A stretch of DNA of 64,000 nt, taken from contig JAWQFM010000028.1 in assembly GCA_033442325.1 (NCBI GenBank), positions 217,202 through 281,201 of the forward strand. The letters are read 5' to 3'. The notes beneath the pieces are model-generated. The model saw only the letters and a list, made by a program, of their open reading frames with translations, was not told the origin of the DNA and searched no databases. This DNA comes from Salpingoeca rosetta (Eukaryota > Protista > Choanoflagellata). Each line of letters starts with the position of its first letter. Position 1 is the stretch's first letter. Both the position numbers and the translations under genes were made by a program. Below, piece by piece: positions 1-21,799 of the stretch.

Positions 1-264
1 CACAGGCAAGGATGCAAGCGCACAAAAGAATGCATACGAGCAGAATGCATACGAGCACACAGACACAGACACACAGATGCACATACACATACGCACACAG
101 ACAGACAGATAGACGCACACACATGCACATACACATACGCGCACATGCACTTACACATACACATGCACACATACATACACATGCACTTGCACATGCACAT
201 GCACATGTACGCATACAAACACATGCACATACACATACACACACATACACATACACATGCACAT

Positions 265-301
<37 letters not shown>

Positions 302-312
302 TCGGGACGCAC

Positions 313-1294
313 GTTGGATACACCAGTCCTGGAGCTTGTCTGCACTCTCGGGAATGTCCTTGATGGGAAAGCGCTTGACATGGATGGAGATGCAGGGTGG
401 GTAGCGGCCATAGACAAAGGCCGCCTCCATTGGGGGTTCGTCTTCCGCAAAGTACTGGTAGGCGATGGTGCAGTCGTACAGCGCATCAAACTGGTGGCGA
501 TGGGCAAGGATGGCCTGCAGGCCTTTGATGCGCGGGTGCAGCACATGCTTGTACGACTTGAGGCCGCGCTCGCGCGTGAAGGCGTTGGACTTGTCCAGGT
601 TCTCGGGGGAGTAGTCGGTGCCCTCGGGAAAGATCATGAGCGAGGAGGGCTCCTTCTGCTTGTGCAGGTAGGAGAGCACCCAGTCGATCCAGCCCAGGTC
701 GCGGTCGCGGCGGCGGGCCAGGAAGATGTAGAGGAAGCACTGGAAGCCCCAGCCGTAGATGGGGGCGCGCTTGAGCGAGTCCTTGAGGAGGATGCGGGTG
801 TGGTCCAGCTGCGCCAGTCGCGCCAGCAAGCACAACAGCGGGTACCAGTCGATGTGGCAGTGGTGGTTGGCGATGACGATGGCGCGCTCGTTCTCGCGGC
901 AGGCAGGGTCCATGGCCACGCGGAGGCGGATGCTAGTTGCCAGCTCGAAGAGGCCGCACACAAAGTAGAACCAGAGCACGCTCACGGCGCGCGCACCCTG
1001 ATGGAAGAAGCGCCGGCATGTCCAGGCCAGGTGGCTGATGGTGGCGTTATCGACAATGGCTGCTGCCGCTGCGCTGGCTGCTGCTGCTGTTGTGGTTGTT
1101 GTTGTGGATTGTACACTGGCATTGCCTGCACGGGGTGCTGCTGGCTTGATCAGTGATGGCAGCGACGGCAGGAGCAGGAACACAAAGGCCAGCGGCGTGA
1201 AGAGGAACATGAACACCGCCCACGCACACACGGTCATCGTCAGCATGTACGTCATGCCATACGCCATCCGCAGCACATCCATCACACCAGCCAT
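313..1294 (-). CDS. LCLAT1: Lysocardiolipin/lysophospholipid acyltransferase (PlsC/AGPAT family, LCLAT1-like), first exon; gene continues beyond the window start
   Basis: Manual translation from ATG at 1294 (this frame is absent from the ORF track). Hydrophobic N-terminus, then AGPAT motifs ANHHCHIDW (NHxxxxD), ILLKDSLKRAPIYGWG, LMIFPEGT, HVLHPRIKG and ALYDCTIAY. GT donor at 312 is followed by a (GT)n intron running off the window. Confidence 0.85.
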
Positions 1295-1384
1295 GGTGTT
1301 GGTGGGTAAGTTTGATTGGTGTGTGTCACTGTTGTCTGATTGGTCGTGTTTGTTGTTGCGAAAAAGTGGGCGTGTGTGTGCTTG

Positions 1385-1450
<66 letters not shown>

Positions 1451-1718
1451 AAATGCGAAGCTTGAGTGAGGCTGATGCATGGTTGGTTGGTTGGTTGGTT
1501 GGTTGGTTGCTTTGCACTCACCCACCCGTCCAACAGACGTGTTACATTACATTCACTGGCACACACCACACTCATTTGTTGATTCATTCATTCATGTCAT
1601 TTACTTCAACTTTCACCCTGACATATCTCACCATCGCGCACATGCACGTGTGCCACGGTCCCTGCACCACAGATCATTCCCATCTCAATGTCATCCACTC
1701 GTGTCGGCAGTCATGAGC

Positions 1719-2177
1719 TCAATAGTGCTTCTTCTCTCCCTCCTCTTCTTCCCCCTCCTCCCCCTGCTGCTGCTGCTGTTGTTGTTGCAGTTGTTGTTGT
1801 GATACTCTTGCTGTCACAGCCCCTGCGTCATGCGGCCCTTCCACTCCAACTCGCTGCCGCTGCTGTTGCAGTTCCTCCTCCTCCTCCTCCTCCTCCTCCT
1901 CCTCCTCCTCCTCCTCCTCCTCCTCCTCCTCCTCCTCCTGCTGCTGCTGCCGAACTCCCTCCTCCTCCTCCTCTTTCCTCGTTTCCTCTTCCCACGTTTC
2001 CTCTTCTCTCCCCTCTGCTTCTCGTTCTTCTTCTGCTGGTGCTGGTGGCCCCTGCTCTGCCCCGCCCTGTGCCGCCACGTGTGCCATGAGCGCCTGGTAC
2101 ACGTAGTCGCTCACCGTCTTCTCGGCCACCTCCAGCCGCGTCTCAAGCGCAGCACTCCGCTCCATCTCCTGTAGTGG

Positions 2178-2253
<76 letters not shown>

Positions 2254-3245
2254 CGAATGAAGGATTGGGTAAAAGAGTGAGTGGGTGAAGGAGTGAGTGG
2301 GTAAAAGAGTGAGTGAGTGAAGGAGTGTATCAGCAAAACTGTAAATGCTTGCACAAACGCACTCGGAGACACACACACACACATGTGCAAGCACATCGGC
2401 AACAGGCAGAGCAGCAGTTGTAGTTGCCGTACGTCTTCGAGTGCGGACGAGAGCTCAACAACCGTTGCTTGGAGTGATTCAATCAAGTCAAGCGCCTAAC
2501 CCAACCATGAAAGCGCACGTGCGAAAGGTGCACAAAGTGAGCTCGCCAGCACCGCAGGAGATCAATCGACACAACCACAACTCATGCAAACAAACAACGC
2601 ACACACGCACACAATATACACAAGCAAGCAGGTACACAAGCAAGCAAACACACACGGACACATGCAAACACACACCGTCTCCCAGTCGGACTTGACGTGT
2701 GTCAGTTCTGCAATGACATCCTGGGCGGCTTGTTGCTCTGCTTCGCTCGCTTTGTGCGCTTCATCCGTCACGAGCGCTTGCCCTTCCACACTCCGGGGAG
2801 AGTGGAGCAACTTGGGCGTCTTTGTGTCTGTCTCCGCATGCGCATGCCTCCTCTGCTGTGGCTGTTGATGGTGCACTGAGGAGGAGGAAAAGGAGGAGGC
2901 TGATGCCGTGTCTACTGGTGGTCGCGTGTGCTCTGCGACCCCCTGTGCAAGGTGTTCCGTGTGCGGTGCGACGCTCTTAGCAGCGCCACTGGCGTGTCCC
3001 TGATCGCGTTTCTCACCATGTCGAAGCGTCTAGTCGACACAATTGAACGGTGCGTGAAGATGGAAGGGGTGTGTGAGCCCACGAAACATAAAAACACATT
3101 CACAAACACAAACAACAATCACAAACACAAAAGCACAAACACAAACAACAACACAAACACAACAACAACCACAACCACAACAACAACAACAACAACAACA
3201 ACACAAACAACAACACAAACACAACAACAACCACAACCACAACAA

Positions 3246-3289
<44 letters not shown>

Positions 3290-5061
3290 CCGCAAAGGAA
3301 GCACTCAGGTGACCCACAGGTCAACGCGCCCCTCATGTACACATGCACGCACCTGTCGAGGGACGTTCATCTGGTTGGAGATGGATTGTAGTGTTGTGCC
3401 TGCTCCCTTTGATTTGGGCTGGCGGGTTGATGTTGATGCCGGTTTCTCTTGCAGTTCTTGATCCTGCCAGCATTGAAACCACTGCTTGGCAGCCTGTACA
3501 ATCGACACAACAGTACAGCGTTACACGTTGCTGTGGTCGAAAGGAGTGTGTGTGTGTGTGTGCGAGCGAGGGAGGTAGAGAGACACACAGAGAGAAGGAA
3601 GAGCAAGAGAGAGAGAGAGAAGGAAAGGAAGGAAGAGCAAGAGAGAGAGAGAGAGAGAGAGGCAGACATGCACACGCACACACGCACACACACGCACGCA
3701 CACACGCACACACACGCACGCACACACGCACACATGCACACACACACACACACGCACGCACGCACACACGCACACACACGCACGCACACACGCACACATG
3801 CACACACACGCACACACACGCACACACACACGCACACACACACGCACACACACACGCACACACGCACGCTCACACATTGTCACCACAGATGAACAAACAC
3901 GTATCGACACATGCAAACAGGCATGCGGAAAGTACGTGTCAATGCACACAACAGCACACCTGCAATCGCTGCTTTGTGGGATCCATTTGGCCCCTGTTGA
4001 TGCCAAGCCGCTCCGCGCTCACAGCACTCGCACACGCTCACACTCGCACTCGCACAGGTTCTCGCACAGGTTCTCACAGCTCGCGGTCTCGCACAAGCAC
4101 TCACAGCTCGTCACCGCACAGCTTTTTGAACACAGCCCGCCAGATCTCGTCAACGGTGTCCTACGAAACTAGAACTAGGACAACCCACCACCTTTCCCTA
4201 ACTTCAGGGACTGGGCGACTGATCCGCCTTGTTCTGCTTGTGCGCCGCTCTTTTTTTGCTGTTCCTTCCGTTTTTCTCTGCTCCCCTCCTGAAAACCCTT
4301 TGCCTGGCTGGTTTGCTTCACTTTCCTGTGTTTGTTGGTGGTTTGTGTCGTCGTCGCTGCACGCCTCCTCCTGCTCCTTTCCTTGCTCGGTTTGCCGTTC
4401 CCGCGTGAGTTGTGTGCGCGCGGGGGTTGAACGACCCTCCTCGAGCCAACGCACGGTGTGCACCCTCCCACCTCCTCCACTCCCCGACTCTCCTAGACTC
4501 TGCCCTCTTCTTCTCCCTCCCCACCACAATCCCCTTCTCTGCACTCCAGATCACGTCTGTTTCCTCACCTCTGGTTGTGTGCGTGTGCGTGTCTGGCGCA
4601 CCTTTGTGCGCGTGCGTGTGAACGCCATCAACCTGCATCGACACAAACAAGCGACGATCCTCGTTTGTGTTTCCGGCCGGCTGATCTCATCCCTTTCAGC
4701 ACCCCCACCACCAGCCCACCACTACCGACAACAACAACCGACACCACACCGACACAGCGGTTCGCTTTCTGGCCCCTGTGGTCGCCCACCTTCCTTTTCG
4801 ACCTTGCTTGTGTCTCTTCTTCTTCTTTGTGCGTTTCTCCGCTTGACCCCTTTTCCCGGTCTTCTTGTTCGTTTCTCCAATCCCTGCCGTCGCCCAACAC
4901 CAAGCTTGTATCTTCCACTCGAGAACAGCGAGGAACACCACCCTTTGGCTGCTCGCTTGCGTGCTTTGTGTGCGTGCGTGCATGCAAACGGTTGTTGATT
5001 GATTGCTCGTCATCATCTGCTTCTGCTTGGGGTGCTCTTTCTTCGACCAAGCAGTGCCCAT
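1719..5061 (-). CDS. Hypothetical multi-exon protein with C-terminal coiled coil and poly-Glu/poly-Gln tail; 5' exons tentative
   Basis: In-frame exons joined at GT-AG: ~4161-4106 ([19 protein letters not shown]), ~4017-3960, ~3493-3353, ~3029-2678, ~2495-2433 and ~2168-1719 ([17 protein letters not shown]...EEEE...KKHY*). Possible start MGTAWSKK at 5061. No family recognised. Confidence 0.5.
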
Positions 5062-5504
5062 AACCGTTGTTTCTCGTCTCGTTTTCGCGTTCCTTGGCGT
5101 TTGTCGAGTGAAGACAGACACCAACGCCCGTGGCTCACGAAGTCGTGAAGGCCTGGGTTTTAGATCAAGCGCCTCATTGTGTTCGGTTTGGTTGCTGTCC
5201 GCTCGTGTCGAGCGTGTATCGGCGTCTCTCGAGTGCAGTTGTTGACGTTGTCATTCTCGTGTCGAGCACTTTGTGTATCCTTCACACCCGTTTGTCGATA
5301 GCGGCTCTTGTAATCATACCCCACCTCACCACTTCGCCCCTTTCTCGTCGTCCATAGCTTGCCCTGTGAAGCATTTTCCATTTGGTCGACTGTCGGTCCA
5401 TTCACAAACCACCGTCCTCGCCTGAGCGTCGCCTTTCCGTTTCATATTTGACCCGGCCTTTTTCTTTCTTTGCCTCCACATCGCCAACGGCCATAACCAG
5501 CACA

Positions 5505-13040
<7,536 letters not shown>

Positions 13041-14112
13041 TGTTGATTGATGTCAGAACGCTTCATTCAAGGCGTTGGTTGGCTCCACCCTCTCATCCTC
13101 TGCGCTTCTGTGTTCTATCTATGTGCTGTATGTCAACTTGCTCTCTTGCTCTGTTACCGCTGTTCCTAACTGATTGCGTTTCTTTTGTTGCACGGCATCT
13201 GCGCCCTGGCTGGAACACCGCAGCCTTGGCTGATATGCTGTGTGCCGTGTGACGTGTGCGGTGTGTTGGCTGCACGTGCGTGCACGCACCTCGCCGCATG
13301 TCATTCGCGCGCGCGCGTTGCTCGCAAACGGTCGCGGTGTGATGTGATGCGACTTGATACCTGGTGTTTTGTTGTTTTAATCTCCTGTTTAAGCGCCCTC
13401 TCCTCCCTTTCCCTTGGCGATTCTGCCCCAAAGACACTCTGGCGTCAGTGTCATTGTCGCGTCACACATGCGTGCGAATGTGTAGTACGGTTTTGCACCT
13501 CCCTACCATGCTGTTGCGGTGCAGCCGATGTGCTTGAACATGCTACGGCACATGCCGTGTGTTGTTCTTGAAGTCTCTGTTCTCGTGTCTCTGCATGTGT
13601 CGACGCCGGTGGCGTCTAGCTTGCTTGCAGCTTTGGCCCAACCTGGTTTTGTCTATTCATCATGGTTTGTTCTGGATGTGTCCATAATGGGTTTGATTCG
13701 TGTGTGCTGCTTCCTCCTGGTGTGAGTTTGGGTTTGGATTTGGTTTGGTTTGGCGTGGTCACGTTGTGCGTGCGTGTTGCGTGGTCGCAGCCATAACTCG
13801 CAAGCGCATGTGGCGGCCTCACACGCGTCGACGCCTTGCTGTGATGCTCGCCTGCCTCGCCTTCCTCCCTGCCCACCTATTTGTCTTGGTTTTCGGCGTT
13901 GTTGTTGTTGCTTGTCTTCATTCCTTTTCTTGTCTGTTTTACATCTATTCCTCGACTAGGTTGATTGATGGTTGTGGCTGGTTGGCTGGCTGTTGGCTGC
14001 CGCGTGTGCGTTGATCAACTGACCAAGCAGCCACCTCCCCAGCAAGCACCACGCACAGAAACAAACAGTTGTCTCTTTATTCGTTCCCTCAATTAAAAAG
14101 CTCTCAACAGGT

Positions 14113-14182
<70 letters not shown>

Positions 14183-14351
14183 GAAAGAGTAACACGGGAA
14201 GAATGGATCGCGGAGTGGGCGCACATCAACCCTTGGGGGTCTAACAACACGAGCACGTGCACGAGCGCAGACGTGTTGTGCATGTGACGGAAACGCATGA
14301 TGCAAACAGAGACAAAACAAGAAAAAGACTGTGAACATTGATGGGGCTCAG

Positions 14352-14738
14352 TTAGTGGCACGTGGCACGGCCATGAACGAGGTCGAGAACGCTGGCAGTG
14401 CAGTGCTTGCAAGCAAAGAGTGGGTTGCACTGGCAAAAGGCACGCTGTCCCGCGGCATGCAGGCACGTCCCGTCGTGGCAGTCTGCATCGGTCTTGCAGC
14501 TGCCTCCACCACTGGGAAACGTGCAGTTGAGGCCATATAGGAAGTCGTTCAGCTTACAAGCGAACACGCACACACAGAAACAAGGGCGAGCCAGTGAGAT
14601 AAAGGGCAAATGGGAGGAAGGAAAGGCGGCATATTTGGTGAGGGATGGGACATCTAACAGTCGGACAGCAAAATCAAGTCTGGCTCACGCAACATACATG
14701 TGGGTTCAGGCCATGAGAGCACAATCACGCAAACAAGC

Positions 14739-14832
<94 letters not shown>

Positions 14833-15193
14833 CACACACACGCACACACACACACACACACATACACACATACACACATACACACACATACACACACCAT
14901 GAGGCGGCAGTCCCCGCAGAGGTAGCCATCCGGGCAAACACAGTGCTGGTCAAGGCACAGGCCACCCATGCCGCCACAGTCCTCGTCTGCCTTGCACTTG
15001 CTGCCTCCGTGTGGAACAGAGCACACATCGATGTACCGTCCACTGCCGTCATACATGGGGAGTTTGGTCGAGTACCGAAACTGGGTCGGGTCTTGGTGTT
15101 TCAAGTGGAGACGGTAAATGTGGGGGAAAAGGGGCGTGGGTGGCGCAGGCAAGCAGATGAACATTAGACCGGCCATCATCGTGACGGTCATGT

Positions 15194-15242
<49 letters not shown>

Positions 15243-15803
15243 GTACACACACACACAAGTACACATGCATGCACACAACCATGTACACACACGTACGCGC
15301 GTCCACACACACACGCACGCACGCACGCACACTAACCGTCTGGATCACGGTCAAGCACAGCCTTGGCATGACAGTTGGGGCAGCCGTACATGTTCGCGGC
15401 ACAGACACACCTGTCATAGAATGCGATGGGTACATGAAATGAGGCAGTGTCAAGTTGAACAGCAAGATACAAGCACAGCGCGAGTCAATGCAGATGCACG
15501 CGCACAGTTCGTACGTTGAGTTCTTGCATGATCCCGTCAAGGATGCACACTTGTCCCTCAGTGACTGGCAATTGGCGGCTGGGATGCCGCACTATCGTCA
15601 CAGAAGTTGTTGTTGGTGATGGCGGTGGTGGCATGAGTGGCAGGTGAGGAGAAGGGGAGTGTGGGTGTGTGCATATGAGTGTGTACATACATGCGTGTGT
15701 ATGGCGGTGCTAGCGGGGTGTGGAAGGAGAAGGACCATGCCAGTTGAATTGCCATTGCTCATTTCGCAAGCACACAATTTTCAACTCATCCATGCTCTCG
15801 TCG

Positions 15804-15852
<49 letters not shown>

Positions 15853-16040
15853 CACGCACGCACACACACGCACACACACATAGACACACACACACGCACT
15901 TCAGCGTTGATGGAGCACTTGGCACCGCCACTGTTGGGTGCAGGAGGATAGTCTGCGCACGCCATCATAGCCATCAACAACACGGCCACCGCCACAGCAC
16001 CACCAGCAGCTACAAGATGCTTGTTGCGAGTCATCATCAT
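14352..16040 (-). CDS. Small secreted Cys-rich protein with three EGF/knottin-like repeats; 5 exons
   Basis: Signal peptide-like N-terminus ([21 protein letters not shown]). Exons 16040-15900, ~15591-15515, ~15410-15337, ~15090-14898 and ~14553-14352 join in frame. Three repeats: [12 protein letters not shown]..., [13 protein letters not shown]... and [14 protein letters not shown]..., each ending CxC-x5/6-CxxC. Confidence 0.7.
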
Positions 16041-16284
16041 CTTCCGCTGATGGCAAGAAATTTCATGAGAGATATGGCTATTCTTCCCAACTTGTCAGTC
16101 GACAATAGACCCACTGACCAACACCAACACCCACCCATGCGCACCGCTGCCCTTTGTTTTGCCGCAATTGCCTTCCCCATCTCTGAGCGCTGGGAGCAGT
16201 GTAAGATTTCAGCGAGTTTTCCCCAATAAACCCCAACAACACAACAAACCAAGGAAGCAACAAGCGATTCAGCCAGCTGCCGTC
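16041..16284. promoter_or_regulatory. Probable bidirectional promoter between the Cys-rich gene and NAE1
   Basis: Head-to-head ATGs are 244 bp apart with no microsatellite between them. Inferred from geometry only. Confidence 0.5.
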
Positions 16285-18164
16285 ATGTCAGAGGACAAGA
16301 ACGTGGTGCCATCTCAGCGTGAGCAGCGCTATGATCGACAGCTCAGGTATGACGAAGAAAGACTGCTTCAGGTGGTATCACCTCGCACAATGAAAGAAAA
16401 GCGTGTTGTTGATTGGGGCGTGAGTTGCGCGGCTGGATGAGCTGTGCCTTGGCGCCAAACGCCATTTGAAGTTGTGCACTGTTTCTCACCAACAGTGTGT
16501 GCGTGTGTGCGTGCTTGTATGTTTGTGCTTGTTTGTGGTTGTGTCGGCGATGGTTATGTGTCATTGTGTCGTGATGTAGGCTGTGGGGAGATCACGGGCA
16601 ACGGGACTTGGAAGCTGCCCACGTGTGCGTGATCAACGCCACAACACTTGGAACAGAAACCATCAAGAACCTCGTGCTTCCTGGTACGTGTGTGTGTGTG
16701 TGAGTCCATCTGCATCTTCATTGCAAGCGTGCATGCATGCACGTGTGTGTGTCTGTATTGTGGATACACATGTGCGCCTTGCATAACGCATTTCATGCCG
16801 TTGTGCTCACCATGGTCGTTTTGCAGGCATTGGCAAGTTTACGATTGTCGACCCGGAATTCGTCACAACTGAAGACCTTGGAACAAAGTGAGGGGGATGG
16901 GGCTGTTGATAGATGCATGCGTGCATGTGTGTGTGTGTGTTTGTGTGTGTGTTGTTGCTGGTGTGTGTGTGTGTTTGTGTTTGTGTTTGTGTGTGTGTGT
17001 GTGTTGTTGTTGTTGGTGTGTGTTTGTGCTTGTGTGCGTGTGTGTGAGTGTGTGTTTGGGTGTGTGAGTGTGTGTTTGGGTGTGTGTTGTTGTTGGTGTG
17101 TTTGTGCTTGTGCTTGTGTGCGTGTGTGTGAGTGTGTTTGTGTTTGTGTTTGTGTGCGTGTGTGTGTGTGTGTGTGTGCGTGTGCGTGCACCGTTGACTG
17201 TGAAGACGTTGTCGTGTGCTCACGCATAGCATGCTGTCCCTTGTGTTGTTTATCCAGCTTCTTCTTTGAGGAGCGTCACATCGGCCAGGTGAGTGCACTT
17301 TTTGCATACGTGTTGTGTGCTGGGGCCACGCAGTTTGGATAGAGTTTGCGCAGTGAGAATACATTTTGTGGACTGAACACATCTACTACACACACTGCAC
17401 TTCCCCATCACTCACGTGGTGGAAAATGGCACGTGACAGCCCCGCGCCAATGCAGCAACAGAGCTGCTTCTCGAGCTCAACAGCAGCGTGGAAGGCAACG
17501 CCAAAGTGGACGTAAGTGCACCATCCCATGCGCGATGTAGTTGGAAGGAATGCGCGGAGTAGAAATGCTGTGCGGGTCACGTGAATCTGTTTGCGTCAGT
17601 CCTTTGCATCACAAGCGAAGGGAGTCGGCGGTCACACACACACACACACACATACACAGACGCACACACACACACACACACACATACACACACATACACA
17701 CACACACGCACAAATGTGCACACCCGCACTCATCCACCCATCCACCCATCCATCTCCATGCGCTTGTTTCGTCTCTCTTTCTCTTCTCTTCTCTTCTCTT
17801 CTCTTGTCTTGTCTTGTCTTGTCTTCTCTTGTCTTGTCTTCTCTTCTCTTCTCTTCTCTTCTCTTCTCTTCTCTTCTCTTCTCTTCTCTTCTCTTCTCTT
17901 CTCTTCTCTTCTCTTCTCTTCTCTTCTCTTCTCTACGTGGACAGACGATGGCAAATGTGCTTGCAAAGGATCCCGACTTCTTTCGCCAGTTCAGCGTTGT
18001 CGTTGCATGCGACACCCCGCTGTATGCCCTGCTGCCGCTCGCAACCCTTCTCTGGGCCGAACAGGTTTGTGCAGTAGATGTGTGCATGTATATCTGCGTG
18101 TGTGTGTGCGTGTATCTAAGTGTACGTGTGTGTGCGTGTGTAAATCTGTGTGTATGTGAGTATA

Positions 18165-18211
<47 letters not shown>

Positions 18212-18588
18212 ATGTGTGTATGTGTGTGCGTGGTTGTGTACACACTCTTTTCAAGCCCCAACGATTCGGGTGTGTGCCTCATTCACTGACATATGTGCGC
18301 TCTACACACCTCTGCGTTACTTCTGGCATCAGATTCCGCTGTTGGTTGCAAGAGCATATGGCATGATTGGCTATCTTCGCCTCGTCACCCCAGAGCACAC
18401 AGGTGGGCGACGCTTTGCCCGCCTGTGCATCCATCTGGACATGTGCAGATGTGTGCGGACATGTGCGGACGTGTGGAGGATGCAAGTGCATGTACTTTGA
18501 TGTTCTGCGCCCAGCTTCTGCACTTCCTCACCGGTGTACGTGTGCGATCAATCCCTTTACACACCTTCTTTCACGCATACTCACACAC

Positions 18589-18637
<49 letters not shown>

Positions 18638-19915
18638 TGCGCTCTCTCTGTCTTGTCTGTGCAGTGATTGAGTCTCATATTGCCGCATTTGACGATCTGC
18701 GTCTCACGCGCCCGTTCCCCGAACTCCTCGCACACGCGCGCAGCACCATCCTCGACGTACGCGCTCACACCCTGTCTCCTGCTTGTGCTGCTGCCCTTCG
18801 CTCGTGCGTACATGTGTGTGTACATGTGTGTGTTGACATGCGTGCGTCCTTGTGTTAGCATTACCCTTGCCATCCTCCTGCTCACAACACGCCCCATCTC
18901 ACCATCCCACCACCCTTCCCTTCCACCACCACCACCACCACTGCAAATGGACCAGGACCTCTCCCTCGACAAGCACTCGCACGTGCCGTACCCGATCCTT
19001 GTGCTGCGCGGCATTGACGCGTGGCGCGAGACACACGCCGACCTCCCACGCACGCGGGCCGAGAAGAAGGAGTTTGCGGGGATGCTTGCGTCATGGCGAC
19101 GGACCAAGGACGACGGGAGCGGCGTTGCTGACGAGGAGAACTTTGCAGAGGCGATGGCCAAGTGCAACACCATTTTCCGCTCTGCGCCCAACGTCCGTTC
19201 GTCTGTTGCCTTAGCTGAGATGTGTTTTGATTTTGTTCTGATTCGCTTTGGTTTGGTTTGGTTTGGTTTGGTTTGGTTTGATTCGCGCTTCGCAGCGGTG
19301 TCTACTTTACTTCTGCACTTCATGTGTGTAGTCGGAAGCAAGCCAGCAGCTCCTTTCCATTCCTCGTCACCCCATCCTCTTCCCTCCCCCTCCACCATCA
19401 CCACCCATGGCACCACTGCTGCGTGTTGGTGTTGACAGGTTCCATCTGAGATTCAGGCACTGCTCGATGACCCAAAGTGCTCCAACCCAGATAAGGTGAC
19501 CCAGGCCCATGCACGTAGATGAAATGACAGCATGTGGGCATGTCTCGCTCGCTTGGACCCACAATCACAAAGATAAGCGGTGCTTCGTGTGAAGACAGCG
19601 TGATACGACCAGATGTCTTCGCAACGCACACACACACACACACACCTCTAACCCCATCGACGCTCGCTCACCCCAAGCCACACACACACACACATGCACA
19701 CACACACACACGCACACACACAAACACACATGCACAAACAAACACCGCAGAGCGCGTTTTGGCAGCTGTGCAATGCGCTGAAGGCGTTTGTGTCTGTGCA
19801 CAATGACCTGCCGCTCTCTGGCGCTGTGCCGGACATGCACGCAGACTCGCGCAGCTACGTCGCGCTGCAGCAGGTGCGGTGCACGCAGACGGGGGTTGAT
19901 TGGTGTGTGGTGTGG

Positions 19916-19994
<79 letters not shown>

Positions 19995-21539
19995 GTTGTG
20001 TACTGTGTGTGATGTATCATGTTGTATCGGACTGTATTGTGTGATGTGTGAGCGTACGAGTAGGTGCATGGGGTTGCGCGCCCTCTCGCTCCTCCTCCTC
20101 ATGTCACTGCCTTCCTCCCCCCCCCCCTTTTCACCGCCACGCGCCCATCACAGCTGTACCGCAGCAAAGCGGCTGCGGACCAGGCCTTCATCAAGGACGC
20201 GCTCGCATCGCGGCTGCCAAATGCCCTCGTCGCCCGCTTCTGTGCGTTCTGGCCGGCACCAACGAAGCCACGCTGTCAAGCATGAGCGCACGCATGCATG
20301 CATGCATTCATGTTGGTGGTGGTGGTGTGATTGTGGTTGGTGTTTGCTTGCGGTGCATGTCGTCACTGGGATGGCGTCAGTGGTTGGTTCAGCACTGCTG
20401 TGTTGTGCACAGTACGCTGTGCCTGTTACATGTCCTCACGCACACGCACATGCTCCCTTGTGTGTTTGGCTGTTTTGACGTGGCCAGGCAAGAATGCGGC
20501 TGGCCTTGTTGTGGTGCGCACTCCTTCGCTCGAAACCGAACTCACCGGCCACTGTGGCAAGCTCAGCGACGCCGCAGGTGTGTGTGTGTGTGTGTGTGTG
20601 TTTAATCTGTGTGCTGGAAGGGATTTCAGATGATCCTGCACTGCGACGCCTCATCACCGACCATCACCGCTCCCCTGCATCATGCGTGTACAGCCATGAG
20701 TGTTGGAGACGAGACGCGTGCGTTTGAGTTTTACATTGCGTTGCGTGCGTGCGACCGCTTCCACGAAAAACACAACCGCTACCCGGGCACAGGTCTGTCG
20801 CTTGTTGTTTGCTTGCTTGCTTTATTTGCTGCCTGCTTGCTGCATGTTGGTTGGCTGTTTAATTCATTGGGTCATCGCACAAACCCGCCACTTGCTCTTT
20901 TTTGTCTGCTCGCTGACGCGCCCGCATCAATCCATACGCCTATGCCTCTATGCGTGTGTGCGTGCATGCACGCACACCATACTCACGCTGCTGCTGGTGA
21001 CTGCGACACGTTGCTCGACAAACAGGGGCGCATGCACACGAGGAGGACGCGGGGGAGCTTTCGTCCATGTGCGCAGATGTGTTGCGCAATGCCGGTGTTG
21101 ATGGCGTCACAATTGGTGACGACTGCGTCAAGGAAATGTGCGTATCTGTATGCATGTGTATGTCTGTGTGTGTGTGTGTGTGTCTGTCTGTGTTTGTCTG
21201 TGTGTGTGTGCAGGTTGAAAGGTTTGGTCTCATGGCAGCCGCGTTTGACCGCGTTGGACTCAGCGACTGTGCCTACCCCTGTGCCTCACCCTGCTTCTGT
21301 CATGCGTGCTTGCGTCGTGTTAATTGTTGTCAGGTGCCGGTATGGCGCTGCGCAGCTGCACAGCGTGGCGGCCTTTGTTGGTGGTGAGAACGCTACACCT
21401 GGCTGCCGCTGTTGGTGGGGCGATGGGAGGTGAACACGCCATGGACAACACACAACAACACATCATGCATACATGCATACAAACATGGGCATACGCATGC
21501 ACAGCTATCACGCACGCACTCACAGAGCTGCCACACTCA

Positions 21540-21574
<35 letters not shown>

Positions 21575-21799
21575 ACATACACACACACACACACACTCAC
21601 ACACACACACCCGCACACACACACACACACACGAACAAAAACACATTCATACACGCTGCGGCGCCAACACACGTGCAAACTCGATGCAGGGATGACTTCG
21701 CAAGAGATTGTGAAGCTGGTGACACAGCAGTACGTGCCGGCAAACCACACCATCATCTACAACGGAGTGCAAGGCGACTCTCGGACCCTCAACTTTTAA
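16285..21799 (+). CDS. NAE1: NEDD8-activating enzyme E1 regulatory subunit (APP-BP1), ~17 exons
   Basis: Spliced translation gives QRYDRQLR|LWGDHGQ...[12 protein letters not shown]|[13 protein letters not shown]...[44 protein letters not shown], and [17 protein letters not shown]...[13 protein letters not shown]. Confidence 0.95.
17779..17933 (+). repeat. (TCTTC)n/(TCTTG)n pentanucleotide microsatellite in an NAE1 intron
   Basis: Direct reading; it ends just upstream of the 3' splice site at ~17944. Confidence 0.95.

Noticed and set aside
257-1156. 299-aa + strand ORF
   Set aside because: Antisense shadow of the minus-strand acyltransferase exon, which carries the real family motifs.
3343-4998. 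551-aa ORF and the many HTHT/CVCV/SLSL ORFs throughout the track
   Set aside because: Translations of (CA)n, (GT)n and (CT)n intronic microsatellites, which lack stop codons. No protein-like content.
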